Assembly: GCA_951406725.2 (NCBI GenBank)
Contig: OX597835.1
Location: 35,278,001 to 35,342,000, forward strand
Origin: Octopus vulgaris
Lineage: Eukaryota
Direction: 5' to 3'
Length of the DNA stretch: 64,000 nucleotides
Shown: positions 26,095 through 40,644 of the stretch, one piece after another
How positions within the stretch are numbered: position 1 is the first letter of the stretch
How the letters are laid out: each line of letters starts with the position of its first letter
Notes under the pieces: generated by a model
The model's input: only the letters and a program-made list of their open reading frames with translations
Told to the model about the DNA's origin: nothing
Databases searched by the model: none
Position numbers and translations under genes: made by a program

Positions 26095-26615
26095 TTATTT
26101 CAAGATTTCTTGCCAATAGAAAAAGAGCCAGTTTCTAACCTAGATCAAAGGCACCTTCATTGGAATTTCAACATCAACAACAGGTTATTTTTTATGTATG
26201 CATACGTGCAGATTTGTATGTTTTGTTTTATGCACGTCTTCTCATGCATATATTTGCATATCTAGATATACTCATATCTAAATGATAAACTTCTGGAAAT
26301 TTTTACCGAATTTTACAGTTCCACAGATGGTTTGGATCTGTGGTCTTCGATTCAGCTTTCTCGTTTCTGGTTTTGAGAAACCTAATTTCTCAAGACTGGT
26401 ATTTAGGAAGTGTGTTACATATTCCAGTGTCCCAATAATTACAGGTATAAACATGAATTTGTAATCTGGACAGAGTAATTGCAGATTTCTCAATAGTTCC
26501 GCGTAGGTATTCTCTTTGTCAGTGTGATTTTCAGATTTTTGTATGTCCGTTTTATTTCAAGATTTCTTGCCAATAGAGAAAGAGCCGGTTTCTAACCTAG
26601 AATCAAGGCTCCTTT
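26095..26615 (-). mobile_element. 3' end of an R4/Dong-like LINE; further degraded copies nearby (25840-26095, about 26900-27300)
   Basis: LRNLQLLCPDYKFMFIPVIIGTLEYV...LEKLGF; repeated 3'-UTR motif gagccggtttctaacctaga. Confidence 0.65.
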
Positions 26616-28633
26616 ATGTATGTATGTATGTATGTATGTATGTATGTATTATGTATGTATGTATGTATGTATGTATGTATGTATGTATGTACGTATATTC
26701 CAGCAGACGAGGGTAGATTCAACCCTTAGCTCTTCAGTCGCTTATCTAAGAGAAGGTAACTCTATACAATCCTGCATGCTGAAAACTACGGATCTCTTCG
26801 TAATTGTTGCACCAGACGAAGTTTGAAGGACAAGAGAGTGGAACTGGCTCTGCTCAAATATTTATGGAGCCGGGTCCCAATCAATTCATTTTTTAAATTT
26901 GAAACACTTCTTGCAGATTTTTACAATTCTACTAAAAAAATGTATATGTAATGAGCAAATTAGCTGATTGATTTTTTTTCTGGAATCACTAGCTTATCCA
27001 GATTGTCATTTAAAAATTCACTTACAAAATCAAATGTACCGATAATTGCCGGTATAAATGTGAATTTATAATCTGGTCATATGAAGTGAAGGGTTCGAAG
27101 TTGTTGTCCATAGTTATCCCTTTTCTTTATGCTTTTCGAGGACATACAGCATGCATTTTTGTTTTCTTCTACTTTAAATTATCTGAAATCTCCCTCTTAG
27201 GCTTCTAACAGACACAAAGCTCCATCTTTGGAATGTAGAAAACAAAAGCGAATTCACATATTGAATTTGAGAAATGTCTTGCATATTTTTACTCTTCCAC
27301 TTACATATCGTATTTATAATGTATGTATGCATGGACGTACATATCGATTGTGTATGTATATACATTTCGTTTCACAAACGGTACAAGGAACAAAAGAAAT
27401 TAGAAATCTTTTACATGAATATCAAAACAGAGAAAAAATAAAGCAAATAAAAGTACACAAAAAACCATCAAACAAAAACACGATAAAATCTCTCCTGAAA
27501 TAAAGAATTTCAATAAAAGCCTTTAAGAGAATTTTGTACAAAAATAGAAAAACCTTTAGTATTTTAGATTTAGAAATGTAGTTTTATTGTTATTTATTTT
27601 ATAGTTTTTTTTTATCATATTCTTTTTTATTATATTTATTATTGTTCTTTTTGTTTGTTTTTGTTCAGTCAAATTGTTAGAATTATTTCAAATTCTTTAT
27701 CAATTTCCTCTCACTTTCGACTTTTTTTCCTTTTTAGATGCTTATTTATATTTGTATTTATTTATTTATTTGTTTTGTTTCCTTTCCAAAAACTTTTCAA
27801 AAATTTACCGTTTCAAAGAACAGAGAGAAGGTAGTAAAAAAAATTTCAGTTCTAAACCACGCATGAACATACATACATACACATATATATATACATACAT
27901 ACAATACAATACACACATATATATATATATATATTGTATATTATATAAATATTTATATATACATACATATTTATATATATAAATATGTAAAATATGAATA
28001 TACATATAATTTGTGCTATATATATACATATATATATATATACGTGCGCGCTTCTTTCTGTTTTCATTTGAATTAGTTTGAGTCCATTTAAATACGCTTT
28101 CTGTCGGTATGTTTAGTTTTAAAAAGTCATTTCTTAAAAGTCCATTTATTATGATAACAATAATTGAAATTATTATTATTATTATTATAATTAATTTTAA
28201 TATCATTATTATTATTGTTGTTGTTGCACTATCTTTGTTGCACTATTTTCTATATACAGTGGTTAATTGTTCTTTATTTGTCATTAACATTGATATGAAA
28301 CATTGGCATGTAAAAAAGAGGTGTTGTAAATAGCCAGGTCTTACGTGACCCTCACTAAAAACACTTTAGAATGTCATATATCTTTCCAAGGCAGGCAAAG
28401 TTTTTCTTTCTATTTTCAAATTTGCTGGTATAATCCGCCTTTTAATGTCTATAAATAAAACCATCAGCAATAAAGCGGTGCCAATTCATCTGGGCCTACA
28501 CCAATTTCCCCTTCCAACTCTGATAAAGGGGTGCTTGTAATTTCATAAGAAATTATCAGTCATTATTAGCGTTAGTCTTTTTTCATAATTATCATTATTA
28601 ATGTCAATATTATAAACGACTTCTTACAAGCTT

Positions 28634-28667
<34 letters not shown>

Positions 28668-29049
28668 TGTGTGCGTGCTGGCACAAACAGTAGAGTGTTG
28701 AATTTTTTTCTCATATATTATTAGCACTTTTTTTAAAATATGTAATTCCTTTTCATTCAAACTCATTCTCGGAGTTTGGTGCCTCAGATTCCTGTTTTTT
28801 CAAATCCTGCCGCCTTAATAAATAAATGTTTTTTTTCTTTCTATTTTGCTGCTATCGTTCGATGCGGCAAGAAATAAAACGTATAAATGGAACAAATAAT
28901 TGACAGAATTGTCCCGAGGGGGAAAAGGTTAGGTTGGGGCTTGATTTACGCCATTCACTGTTCATAAATCCGTTCTTTTTAAAATATTGGAGCATTTTTG
29001 CTCCTAGTCCGATAAAAACTGATATTCTTTTTCAGCTTACCATTATTAA

Positions 29050-29080
<31 letters not shown>

Positions 29081-29727
29081 ACTGATATTAATCATTGTTT
29101 ACCGTCTTTGCTGATATTGTAATCAGCTTGTGAAATACTCATATCAGTATCGTTTTTTTTCCATAATCATTTTTTCATACCATCACCATTTCGTATTATT
29201 TATGACAAAAACTTTATAACCACGCCTTTTTTTTACATTAATATTAATTTCCACATTAATATTAATGACAAAACTTTTACAACCACGCCTTCTTTTTACA
29301 TTACTGTTTTTTTTTCTTTGATACTTTTTGCACAGTTGCTTCATTGCATGAACGTATAGAATGTATATATATATATGAGTCTGTATATGTATGTGCATTT
29401 GCATATATATGCATATATATATATTGTATATGTATATATGTAATATATTATAAATATGTTTCATATATGTATATATATTTTTTATATATGTACATATACA
29501 TACACTATATTATATATACTAATAATATGACTATATCTATATACATACAGTATAATAGATATATATCGTTCATATATATGTTATATATAAAATCTTTTGT
29601 TATTCAGTTTTGTAAAATTTAGGTGTGTATATATGTATATATATTTATATATATATTGAATATATGCACATGTGTGTGTGAGTGTGTATAAGACTGTATG
29701 TATGAAATAGTCTGTGGGATAGATTCG

Positions 29728-30401
29728 TTATACCATTCCTGATAACGACTGTCGCAGTGAAGGCGATACAGGTGTGTAGCTATGTGTGATGCAACGAGGA
29801 TCTCTTAATGACGCCAAAGAGCTACTGTAGGAATTGGAAGATTCTGGTCCCGTAGACACAGTGACAGCACCACCATCGTGATAAAGAACAGGGACACGCA
29901 CCATTCGGTGTGCCGCATGAGCTATATTTGCGGCTTCTAGCTCCGCAGCTAATTGCCGCTTCCATTTGTTTCTGCGGTTTTGAAACCATATCTTCACCTG
30001 GGTTTCCGTCAGCCGTAGCGAAGCGGCCAGACCAGCCCTTTCTGAGCTCGACAGATACCGTTTCACATCAAACGTTGATTCCAACTGATAGACCTGACTG
30101 CGTGAAAACACGGTTCTCGTTTTCTTCTTCCGTCTGTTTTTTCGATCGTCATCGCAACTGTTTGGGTTGCTGTTAGATTTGTCATCTTTGTGTCTATCGC
30201 CATCGGCTGTACCGTCACCCACCAAATCCCGATCGATCGGTGACGATTTGGGTGAGTCTGATACATCTGGTGACGCTTCGTCCACCGTTGGCGAGAGTCG
30301 ACTGCAATCTGGCGGCGAGAGTTTTTCAGGCAGAGGTAGATGAGGGTGGCTGGGGTCCAAAGGACTAGGTGGCATACCAGGACTGACAGCGGACGGGCCT
30401 T
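29728..30401 (-). CDS. Hmx: HMX/NK5 homeobox transcription factor, terminal (homeobox) exon
   Basis: Homeodomain [60 protein letters not shown] followed by the HMX signature [19 protein letters not shown]. Acceptor tttctttgtttcag before 30401 (phase 1); stop at 29728. Confidence 0.96.
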
Positions 30402-30522
30402 CTGAAACAAAGAAATCAGTAAAAGTTATCTGGTATAGATAAAAGGACGGATCACACATATACACACATGAAAAAAAAACACATTTATATATAAAACAAC
30501 AGAAACAAATGTGATATATATA

Positions 30523-30628
30523 TATAAGTAAATAAATGGAGTTGAACGCAGATGTTATTAAAATTCTTTTACTTTCGACATATGTTTCGAAGACAACATC
30601 TGCGTTCAACTCCATTTATTTACTTATA
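30523..30628. repeat. 34-bp perfect inverted repeat enclosing half a hammerhead
   Basis: Arms 30523-30556 and 30595-30628; loop contains GAAACATATGTC on the minus strand. Confidence 0.85.
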
Positions 30629-31160
30629 CTACACAAATTACTACACATTAACCCGGAGTTTCTACCTTTGAATAGGTCGCTTCATCCGTGTTACTTGCGT
30701 GAATTTTGCTACCCTGGTAACTGTTTATTGAATTTTCCATGTTAACGGTAAACAAAGGATAATTCATTCATCCATATATACATATATACACACATACATA
30801 TATACATACATACATAGATACATACATACATTGATATATAGCTGCATATACACATACATGTCGCAAAAGAAGAAGAAGAACAGCTTCAATTTTTGTCACG
30901 CGTGTTTCCTAGAATGATAATTTATTCAACAATGCATAATGTTACATACATTTATATCATGTCGAAACAACATTTCATCAGGCAACATTGCACAGTTTAC
31001 TAGTAAAATCAAACTACATGCGTGTGTTTACATCACAATGTTTTCAACTAGCTATAATCTGCCGATCCATATGATCATAATTAACAATTCATATAAATAA
31101 GAATAATAAATACATATTCATACATAAAATACATGATACATACCAGATACACAATAAGAC

Positions 31161-31917
31161 GTAACAGGGTGACACCGTAGTATGGTGATGAGAGTGGGTG
31201 CTATGCTAAGTGAAGTAAAGCTGAACTAGGACGAAAGAATGAACGGGTAGAAGGAAGAGGTGATACTTGGCATTAGGGTTTAGCAGTCTCTTCATGGGAA
31301 ACCAAAGGCTAAGAGTAAAAGATGGTAGAATTGAGCGATGAAAAGAAAACCCTTGGTTTCCCCATCGATAAACCGCAAAACTCCTCCCCAAAGTATCACC
31401 TCCTCCGGATCTTTTCGGTTTGAACGGCAGTTTTTCCTAGCGGTGAAATTGTCACCCATAATTATGACCCTAGTATCGATCTATTGCATTTCAATCTCTT
31501 TTAGGGTTAGGGTTAGGGTTAGGGGTGGGGGAAGGGTATCTTTTTTTCCCAAATGTAAATAAACCCAATCTGTTTATTAAACGAGGGACATATTCATACG
31601 GCACAGAATGTTTTCACCTCAATAGATGTCATTGATTGGTTGAAATTGCAGAAATTGAAGAAAAAAAACAACAAATATCTTACAAACTATAGAATTTTCT
31701 CAATAAAGCCAAGAGAAAAAGATGTTTTATAAACACATTCTACCAGTATACGAAGTTTAAAATTTTTTAGTTACCTAGAAATTATGTTAAAAACTGCCGT
31801 TCAAACCGAAAAGATCCCATCCTCCTTTTACCTGTTCGTTCTTTCCTCTTAGATCAGCTTTATTTCTCTTACATAGCAACCCCTCTCAGCATCCTACTAC
31901 GGCGTCAACCTGTTACA
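31161..31917. mobile_element. Old foldback/MITE-like element interrupted by a younger MITE
   Basis: Imperfect inverted arms gtaacagggtgacaccgtagta / tactacggcgtcaacctgttac, continuing inward. Confidence 0.65.
31407..31817. mobile_element. MITE with 29-bp perfect TIRs and internal (TTAGGG)n
   Basis: ggatcttttcggtttgaacggcagttttt / aaaaactgccgttcaaaccgaaaagatcc; TTAGGG x4 at 31501-31524. Confidence 0.88.
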
Positions 31918-32108
31918 CCTCCCTGTATTAGACCACGACCATATTGGTTGCGATACACCAATATCTTTTATATAAATAACGTCTCTGACAATATGAATCT
32001 TCCTTCTGTATGATTGCAATTATTATGGTATAATTACAATGATATAATTATATTCGATGATGTGATGTCACACGCGGGTAACTGTATGCTCTCAAATGTG
32101 CGCATGTA

Positions 32109-32209
<101 letters not shown>

Positions 32210-32296
32210 GCATATGTATATATATTTATATACATCAAAGCAACTTGTTTTGAATCGCCTTTATAGAACTGCTACATTCTGTTGACAAATAATCTT

Positions 32297-32346
<50 letters not shown>

Positions 32347-32595
32347 TTGCTATAATGTTAAACTGTCGTATGTCCAAATTTGCCCATGTGCGTTTTTTTT
32401 CAATATTTATTTTTGCTTGTAAAAGCCAGTTCTTTCGGTCGAACTTGTATCCCCAGCCAGCTGCTTCAGCTGCTTCAGATGCCAAGATATCAAAAATTGT
32501 CAGACTGTAGTACAACGGTCTTACTATAGAATGGTAAAACTATTTTTTTCGTTTTCTTAATACATTTACATAATAGCAATGATACAAACAAACAA

Positions 32596-32673
<78 letters not shown>

Positions 32674-32704
32674 TCATACATATACACATATATATATGTA
32701 TATG

Positions 32705-32750
<46 letters not shown>

Positions 32751-32805
32751 GTATATATATGTATATATATATATGTATATTTATATATGTACATTTATAT
32801 ATGTA

Positions 32806-32836
<31 letters not shown>

Positions 32837-32878
32837 ACATATGTATATATATATATATATGTATATTTATATATGTAC

Positions 32879-32918
<40 letters not shown>

Positions 32919-32991
32919 CACACACACACACATATATATATTTGTGTATGTGTGTGTGTATAATATGTATTAATATATGTACGGAAGTTTG

Positions 32992-33062
<71 letters not shown>

Positions 33063-34162
33063 TCTTTTCTATTATAGGCAGAAGACCTGAAATTTGGAAG
33101 TAAGGGGTTAGTCGATTACATCGACCCCAGTGTTGAAGAAAGTCAAAGTAGGCCCTCGGCGGAATTTGAACTCAGAATGTATCAGCAGACGATATACTGC
33201 TAAGCCTTTCGTCCAGTGTGCTTACGAAATGCTTAACGGTATAGTCTATTTCGAATAACAGGCATACTAGTCCGTACTGAAGCACTCAGTACATCGGTTG
33301 CAGTGATGCAATGAATTCTGCTATGTGTGTTTGTGTGTGTGTGTGTGCATATAAGTAAGGTTTATCCGTGGGAAGAAAAGCCTACGAAAAAGACCACGGT
33401 AACCTTGGTCAATATTGTTAAATGTTACCACATTTGTTTGCAAGTGGGTAACCCTCTGTTTTCAATTTCTGGGTTCATAGGATTATGCTCAAGGTGGTTT
33501 CGTCATTCATACGTGCCATCCTTGCTACATTCACCCATCTTTTTTTAAAACGTTCGCTAGATAGATAGATTGATAGGCAGACAGACATAGACAGATGAAA
33601 AGACAGACTGACAGATAGATAGACAGATAGATAGACAGATAGATAGATGGATAGATAGACAGACAGATAGATAGAAATATTGAAGGAAAGAGAGTGAGAG
33701 GGATTGTGGTTATATATGTGGAGAGACTATGAGGCGTAAACCTCAGAACCTCAGAAAGAAAAAGAGAATAAGAATGCGATGAAGAGAATGAAGCGAGAGA
33801 TGTTATGTCTGATTCTACATACATATGCATAGAAATACACCCTCTTACGCATACAAACGTACACAAACATTCACAAGGATGTTGAGATTAATACAATATT
33901 AATTGGATTAATTAATCTATATATTCTGTAAAAAAATTGATATTTGAAACTGAGTGAGTCTTAACGTATGTAGTAAATCTCTAGTGTATTGATTTTCCGT
34001 GATATATACACTCATTTGTCATATTTATACATACATACATACATACATACATACGTGCACAAACACACACACACACATATATATGTATATATGTACATAC
34101 ATACATGTACATACATACATATATACATACACACACACACATACACACACACACACACACAT

Positions 34163-34193
<31 letters not shown>

Positions 34194-34333
34194 CATACAC
34201 AAATATATGTGTATATATATATATGCATAAATATATACATTGAAATGTATGCATGAGTATGGATTTGTTCGTGGAAATATGTATAGATTCGTGTGTATAC
34301 ACACACACACACACACACAGATACACACATACA

Positions 34334-34369
<36 letters not shown>

Positions 34370-35109
34370 CCCACACATACAAACACTTGTATACGTATAC
34401 GTCAAAACAGTTCAATCTCTGCAATCTTCAAGCAAGAACCGCTTATTTTTTTCGGTGTTTAGGTTAGTTTCATACACACAAGAGTCGCTTCATTCGTGTA
34501 TCTATGTCTATCGTTTTCATTGATTGGTTTCAAATGTTATTTTATAAGATCGTTTTTATAGTTTCATTCGCCAACTCGTTGGGTCTTTCATGTTTTTTTT
34601 ATATATTTCAATGGCCGCCGTCCTACTTGTTCGTTATCTGAATATCGCTTTTCAGCTCCTCTTCTGTGTATTTCTTATCTTTCTTTTCATGAATCTTGTT
34701 TCCTATTGGACAATTTCGTGGGCTACGTTTACTTATCCATTACGTAATCGCATCCTGTTTTTTCTTTTCTATTAAGCTGTTATACTAAATTAGTTATATG
34801 CATACACACATGCTCACACACTCACACGTGCGCGCACACATACACACACACATACGCATACACACACTGCGTGTGTATGTGTAGATATATAACTGGAATA
34901 AAAGTAATATTTTGTAAAGTGCACAATATCTATATACAAACACACATATATACATATACATATATATATATATGTATATATATATATGTACATCTATATG
35001 TATATATATATAGTGCATATAGACACACACACACATATATGTATATATAGATATATATATATATACGCACGCACACACACACATATATACATATACATAT
35101 ATATATGTA

Positions 35110-35144
<35 letters not shown>

Positions 35145-35695
35145 ATCTATATGTATATATATATATGTATGTATATTTACACATATGTATGTATATGTAT
35201 ATATATATATGTATATATATATATATGCACACACACACGCACATTAATAACAAAATAAATAGATTGGCCTTCATACTAGCAAGAAGGGATAAATATCCCC
35301 CTGTGATTCATCCACTAATGCATTATCACCTGATGAACTGAATCAATGATGATGATGAACCGGATGCCCAGGGATAATACGAACTATACTGCACTCATCC
35401 CAAGGATACGCACTCTGAAGTTAAAAGTCGTGTGATTTGTGGAAACGCACGAAGGAACGTATTAAGTATTCATTAATTCCATCCTAGAATTATCGTTATT
35501 GTTGTATTTGTCCTACATTATATCGGTATAACCATGATGCAACCCCGAAAAACTGTCTTACTACTCAGTATTAGTAGACGGTAACCGGCATAATGAAATA
35601 GGAGCTTTATTTGCATACTTCTACCGTTACTATAAACTGGTCGATTCACTTTGTGTGTGTGCTCTTTCGTGTGTGTCTTACCCCAAACCACCTAC

Positions 35696-35932
35696 TTATT
35701 TCTTTATTACCCACAAGGGGCTAAACACAGAGGGGACAAACAAGGACAGACAAACGGATCAAGTCGATTACATCGACCCCAGTGCGAAACTGGTACTTAA
35801 TTTATCGACCCCGAAAGGATGAAAAGCAAAGTCGACCTCGGCGGAATTTGAACTCAGAACGTAGCAGCAGACGAAATACCGCGTAGCGTTTCATCCGGCG
35901 TGCTAACGATTCTGCCAGTTCACCGCCTTCTT
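35696..35932 (-). mobile_element. Family-B SINE with 12-bp TSD
   Basis: TSD caaaccacctac at 35684 and 35933. Confidence 0.9.
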
Positions 35933-36361
35933 CAAACCACCTACCACCGCCTGACAACCGCTGTTGACTTGTTTACGTCCCCGTACCATAGCGGTTCAGT
36001 AAGTACGTAATTTGAAACTCAACCGTGTATTTGCAGTTTTCAATAAAATAAAGTACAAGTGACTTACTGAGGTCGATACGAAGCCTACATTTAACATCCG
36101 TCTCGAGTCTCTTACCTGATTTTCTACCAACAGAATTAGTACCAGACTTTAAAAATATAAACACTGGAGTATTAAAACCCTTCAAGGTAATATTTCATTA
36201 AGGCACATAAGCAGTCACTTGTAAAATTCACGTGAAACTTAACACATATACATATTAATAACTCAAAGAAAACAGCCAATAAGAGCGCAAATACACCAAT
36301 CCAGACACTTCTTTATATTGCGAGTTGGAACGAACTATTGCTATCTCTAGCAGACAGGTAT

Positions 36362-36409
36362 CCACCACTGAGGATGACGCAAAGAGCTCAGAAACGTTCA
36401 GTCTGGTGG
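36362..36409 (+). ncRNA. Type-I hammerhead ribozyme, canonical core and GUC site
   Basis: ccacca-CTGAGGA-tga..tca-GAAA-cgttcag-TC-tggtgg; CCAAT boxes at 36276 and 36296. Confidence 0.85.
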
Positions 36410-36557
36410 TCTTATCGCTGAAAGATGGTAGGGGTTCGCTCCCCTACTTGCAATATATATCGGGTGCAGATTGCATCGAATAACCAACTTGAGGAGGCGT
36501 TAGAATGGTAGTAACGTCGGAACAGTTATTTTGAAGTGGCGATAAACATTACTTACG

Positions 36558-36920
36558 CTTTTACTCTTTTACTTGTTTCAGTCATTTGACTGCGGCCATG
36601 CTGGAGCACCGCCTTTAGTCGAGCAAATCGACCCCGGGACTTATTCTTTGTAAGCCCAGTACTTATTCTATCGGTCTCTTTTGCCGAACCGCTAAGTGAC
36701 GGCGACGTAAACACACCAGCATCGGTTGTCAAGCGATGCTAGGGGGACAAACACAGACACACAAACACACACACATATATATATATATATATACGAGAGG
36801 CATTAGTCGGGCCGGGGCTATAGCAGAAGACACTTGCCCAAGGTGCCACGCAGTGGGACTGAACCCGGAACCATGTGGTTGGTTAGCAAGCTACTTACCA
36901 CACAGCCACTCCTGCGCCTA
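36558..36920 (-). mobile_element. Family-A SINE
   Basis: Reverse complement of 6717-7145 with an internal deletion. Confidence 0.9.
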
Positions 36921-37654
36921 TGTTATTATACTTGTTAGTATACTTAATATTTTCATCTCTTATAGAGATTTCCTAACTCGCCAATTAACTTGTTGAAAAA
37001 CATTTCATTCCTATTTTAATGCGACACAAATAAATAGATTATACAACTGAAAAGGGTGAAACTAACTGTAGCAGTGTAATGCACGGTAATACAGAGACCC
37101 AAGCACACACACACACACACACACATGCATACACACACACACACACATATATATCTTCTAAAAAAACGTCGAACACAATGAGAAACGAAAACATAAATAC
37201 AAAGCCAAGGAAATGGAAATTTTTCTTAAACAACGAAAAAAATAGAGTACAGGACATAGAAGACAAGGAAAATTCCCCTTCTTCAGTCGCCATGGTTTCA
37301 TCTACTCCTCGTTCGTGGTGGCGGTTGTGGTGGTGGTGGTGGTGGGGGGGGGGGGGTGGCGGTGGTGGTGGTAGTGGTGGTGACCTGCACCTGTGTTGCT
37401 TCTCCCCCTCCTTCCCCTCCTTCATGAAGCTGTGGGGAAGGCAGGGTAGGGAAATCAACGTCGTAAGCATTGTCAAGGAGACCGGCGTTCTTTTCGACAA
37501 CGACTTCAGGGCTTGAAGACGCCATGCTCAGAACAGAAAATGGCCAGAAAAGCCGAAAACCATTTTTTACAAAATCGGGAAACACGCCACACAGGGCAGG
37601 TTTCCCGTGCAAAGAATTTGCACAACAGATATGTATTAGTTGTCGCATAACTTT

Positions 37655-37791
<137 letters not shown>

Positions 37792-38780
37792 TGGTGGTGG
37801 TGGTGGTGGTGATGTTTGTGGCAGAGTTGTCCGTAGTAGTAGTAGTAGTAGTTATTGAATGTGAAGCTGTCGTCTGGGTTCTTTGAAATTTTCGTGTGTC
37901 GGTGGCGGTGTTGGCGTCCATGCTCACACCTGCACCTGTGTTACTTCTCCCCCTTCTTCTCTCCTTCATGAAGGTGTGGCGTTGTCAAGGAGACCGGCGT
38001 TCTTTTCGACAGCGACTTCATGGCTTTGAAGACGCCATGCTCAAAACAGAAAATGGCTTGGAAAGCCGAAAGCAAATTTACAAATCGACCCCAGGACTTG
38101 TTTTTTTTTTTAAGCCTGGTACTTATACTATCGGTCTCATTTGCCAAACCGCTAGGTTACGAGGACGTAAACACACAATACCGGTTGTCAAACAGTGGTA
38201 GTGGTGGTGGTGGGGAGGGACAGGTACAAACCCAAAGACACACAAACACACAAACACACACACACTACAGGCTTCCTAACAGTTTCCGTCTACCAAATTC
38301 ACTCACAAGGTTCCGGGTTATGGTTGTCGACACTTTCCTTAAGTGTCGTGAAGATGGATTAAACCCGAAATCACGCGTGGACGCAAAACGGATTTTTCAA
38401 CCGTACAAGCGTGCCTGCATTCATTTATTAACGAGGCCAGATTGCTAACTGACGCAATATCTTATAAGAGAAAATTAAAATTGGCTAATTTAATTGAAAA
38501 GAAAATGTTTATTCGACAGAGGATTCATGCTAAACTCATTGGTGTATTGTTAACGTTCACTATGTAGCTACCTTCCCTTGTTAAGGCGGGAAGAGATCAA
38601 TCCTGTGCGCGTCTATGCAAAATTTAGATTTTTGATATTTTCAAGTTCAGGAAACATTCCTGGATGCAAAAAGTACAGAAGGAACTTGATTGTTTATAAC
38701 TTTAGCTAATAGTCAGTATTTAATGACAAGGGATTCATATAAGCTTCTAAAAATTCTACACATGCTGCTAGATTCGTATG

Positions 38781-38835
<55 letters not shown>

Positions 38836-38875
38836 TATGTGTATATATATGTATATATATGCATACATATATACA

Positions 38876-38935
<60 letters not shown>

Positions 38936-39167
38936 TATAGTCCCTGTCAGTATATATGTATGCAATTATGCACATGGGAGCATTTTAGCTATTATTTCTA
39001 GCAATGCTGTTGCTAAGTGGCACCTTTAGTCACTTTATGGACGATTGTATTTATGCCTACACACACACACACACTCATGAGCGAAATTTTCAGGAAGTAC
39101 CCTGTCAGTCTATTATAATAATAGGTGCCATGCAGAGGTAGACACTCCCTATATCTATAAATAATTA

Positions 39168-39402
39168 GGGCGGCGAGCTGGCAGAAACGTTAGCACACCG
39201 GGCGAAATGCGTAGCCGTATTTCGTTTGCCGTTACGTTCTGAGTTCAAATTCCACCGAGGTCGACTTTGCCTTTCATCTTTTCGGGGTCGATTAAATAAG
39301 TACCAGTTACGCACTGGGGTCGATATAATCGACTTAATCCGTTTGTCTGTCCTTGTTTGTCCCCTCTGTGTTTAGCCCCTTGTAGGCAGTAAAGAAATAT
39401 AC
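39168..39402 (+). mobile_element. Family-B SINE with 15-bp TSD
   Basis: TSD atctataaataatta at 39153 and 39403. Confidence 0.9.
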
Positions 39403-39559
39403 ATCTATAAATAATTACCATGCGAAGCTCGGCCAACTGACGTACCAAGTCTGTCTGTCTCTCCATTTAGATAGCCTTGTCACCACACACACACACACAC
39501 ACACGTACCACACTCATATATGTATGTCAAATTGCTGGAAATTACAGTCTAATCTCTTA

Positions 39560-39830
39560 TTTAAATCACCAAAATACACTGATGATAACAACCGAAATTA
39601 ATATCTGGTTCATAATATCTGGTTTCCCTGTTTCCATTGCGTTCCCCACCTTGAGGGGACGCCGGTCCGTCGCAGGTGAGCAGGAGAAAAGAGTGAGAGA
39701 AAGTTGTGGCGAAAGAATCAGCAGAAGTTTCGCTATTACCTTCTGCCGGAGCCGCGTGGAGCTTAGGTGTTTCGCTCATAAACTCACACATCGCCCGGTC
39801 CGCAGCTCTGACCACTAGGCCATGTGCTTC

Positions 39831-39832
<2 letters not shown>
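39560..39832 (-). mobile_element. Family-D SINE
   Basis: Homologous to 19091-19395. Confidence 0.8.
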
Positions 39833-39917
<85 letters not shown>

Positions 39918-39964
39918 CCTTCTACTCGTTTTAGCCATGTGGTTGTGGCCATGCTGGGGCACTA

Positions 39965-40275
39965 CCGTGGTCTTTCTGATTTCCTCAGTCTGGGCTGTTT
40001 CACATTACCACTGCTGTATGTGCCTTTGTCCCAGCTGTTGGCCCGTTTGATGTATAAGGGAGTTTGATTCCGGTACCTCTTGTGTCGAGTCCTTGGCTCA
40101 TCCGGTAAGGTGGAGAGGAGGATATCTAGTTCCTTTTTGAAGACATCTGCTTTCACCTTCTGGAAATTTCTCAAGTTTGTGGCAGGACATTTAAGAGCTG
40201 TGGGCTTTTAAACCCTAGACTATTGCAGTAGCAGGTCTTGAATTTAGATGGAGTGGACGGTCCATTTGGTACCAT
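39965..40275 (-). mobile_element. CR1/L2-like LINE 3' fragment
   Basis: NSLGFKSPQLLNVLP..LRN..VFKKELDILLSTLPDEP. Confidence 0.7.
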
Positions 40276-40401
40276 ATAATACACACATTTGGCACAATGT
40301 AACACACACACACGCACACACACACACACACCTACCTCACACACATACCACCTATGCGTGTGTGCATATGTGTGTGCATGTATGCATATATATATGCATA
40401 C

Positions 40402-40434
<33 letters not shown>

Positions 40435-40644
40435 CATACATACATATACATACATATTTATTTATATACACAAATGCATACATGTATAGATGCACATTTA
40501 AATGTGTGACGTGTATGAACATATATATGCATACATATACGCGCTCACACACACAGATACATATGCACACACACACAGAGTACATATAAAAGAATCATTT
40601 AGATCGCCACACATCCACCTGAATACCTAGCTATACGAAATACC

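Noticed and set aside
30402-30615. N-terminal 71 aa of the 295-aa ORF as part of Hmx
   Set aside because: Lies upstream of a strong splice acceptor and consists of microsatellite and foldback sequence; intronic
35330-35450. CTGATGA motif (also 16933, 52121, and 37283 on the minus strand)
   Set aside because: No compatible stems or GAAA spacing
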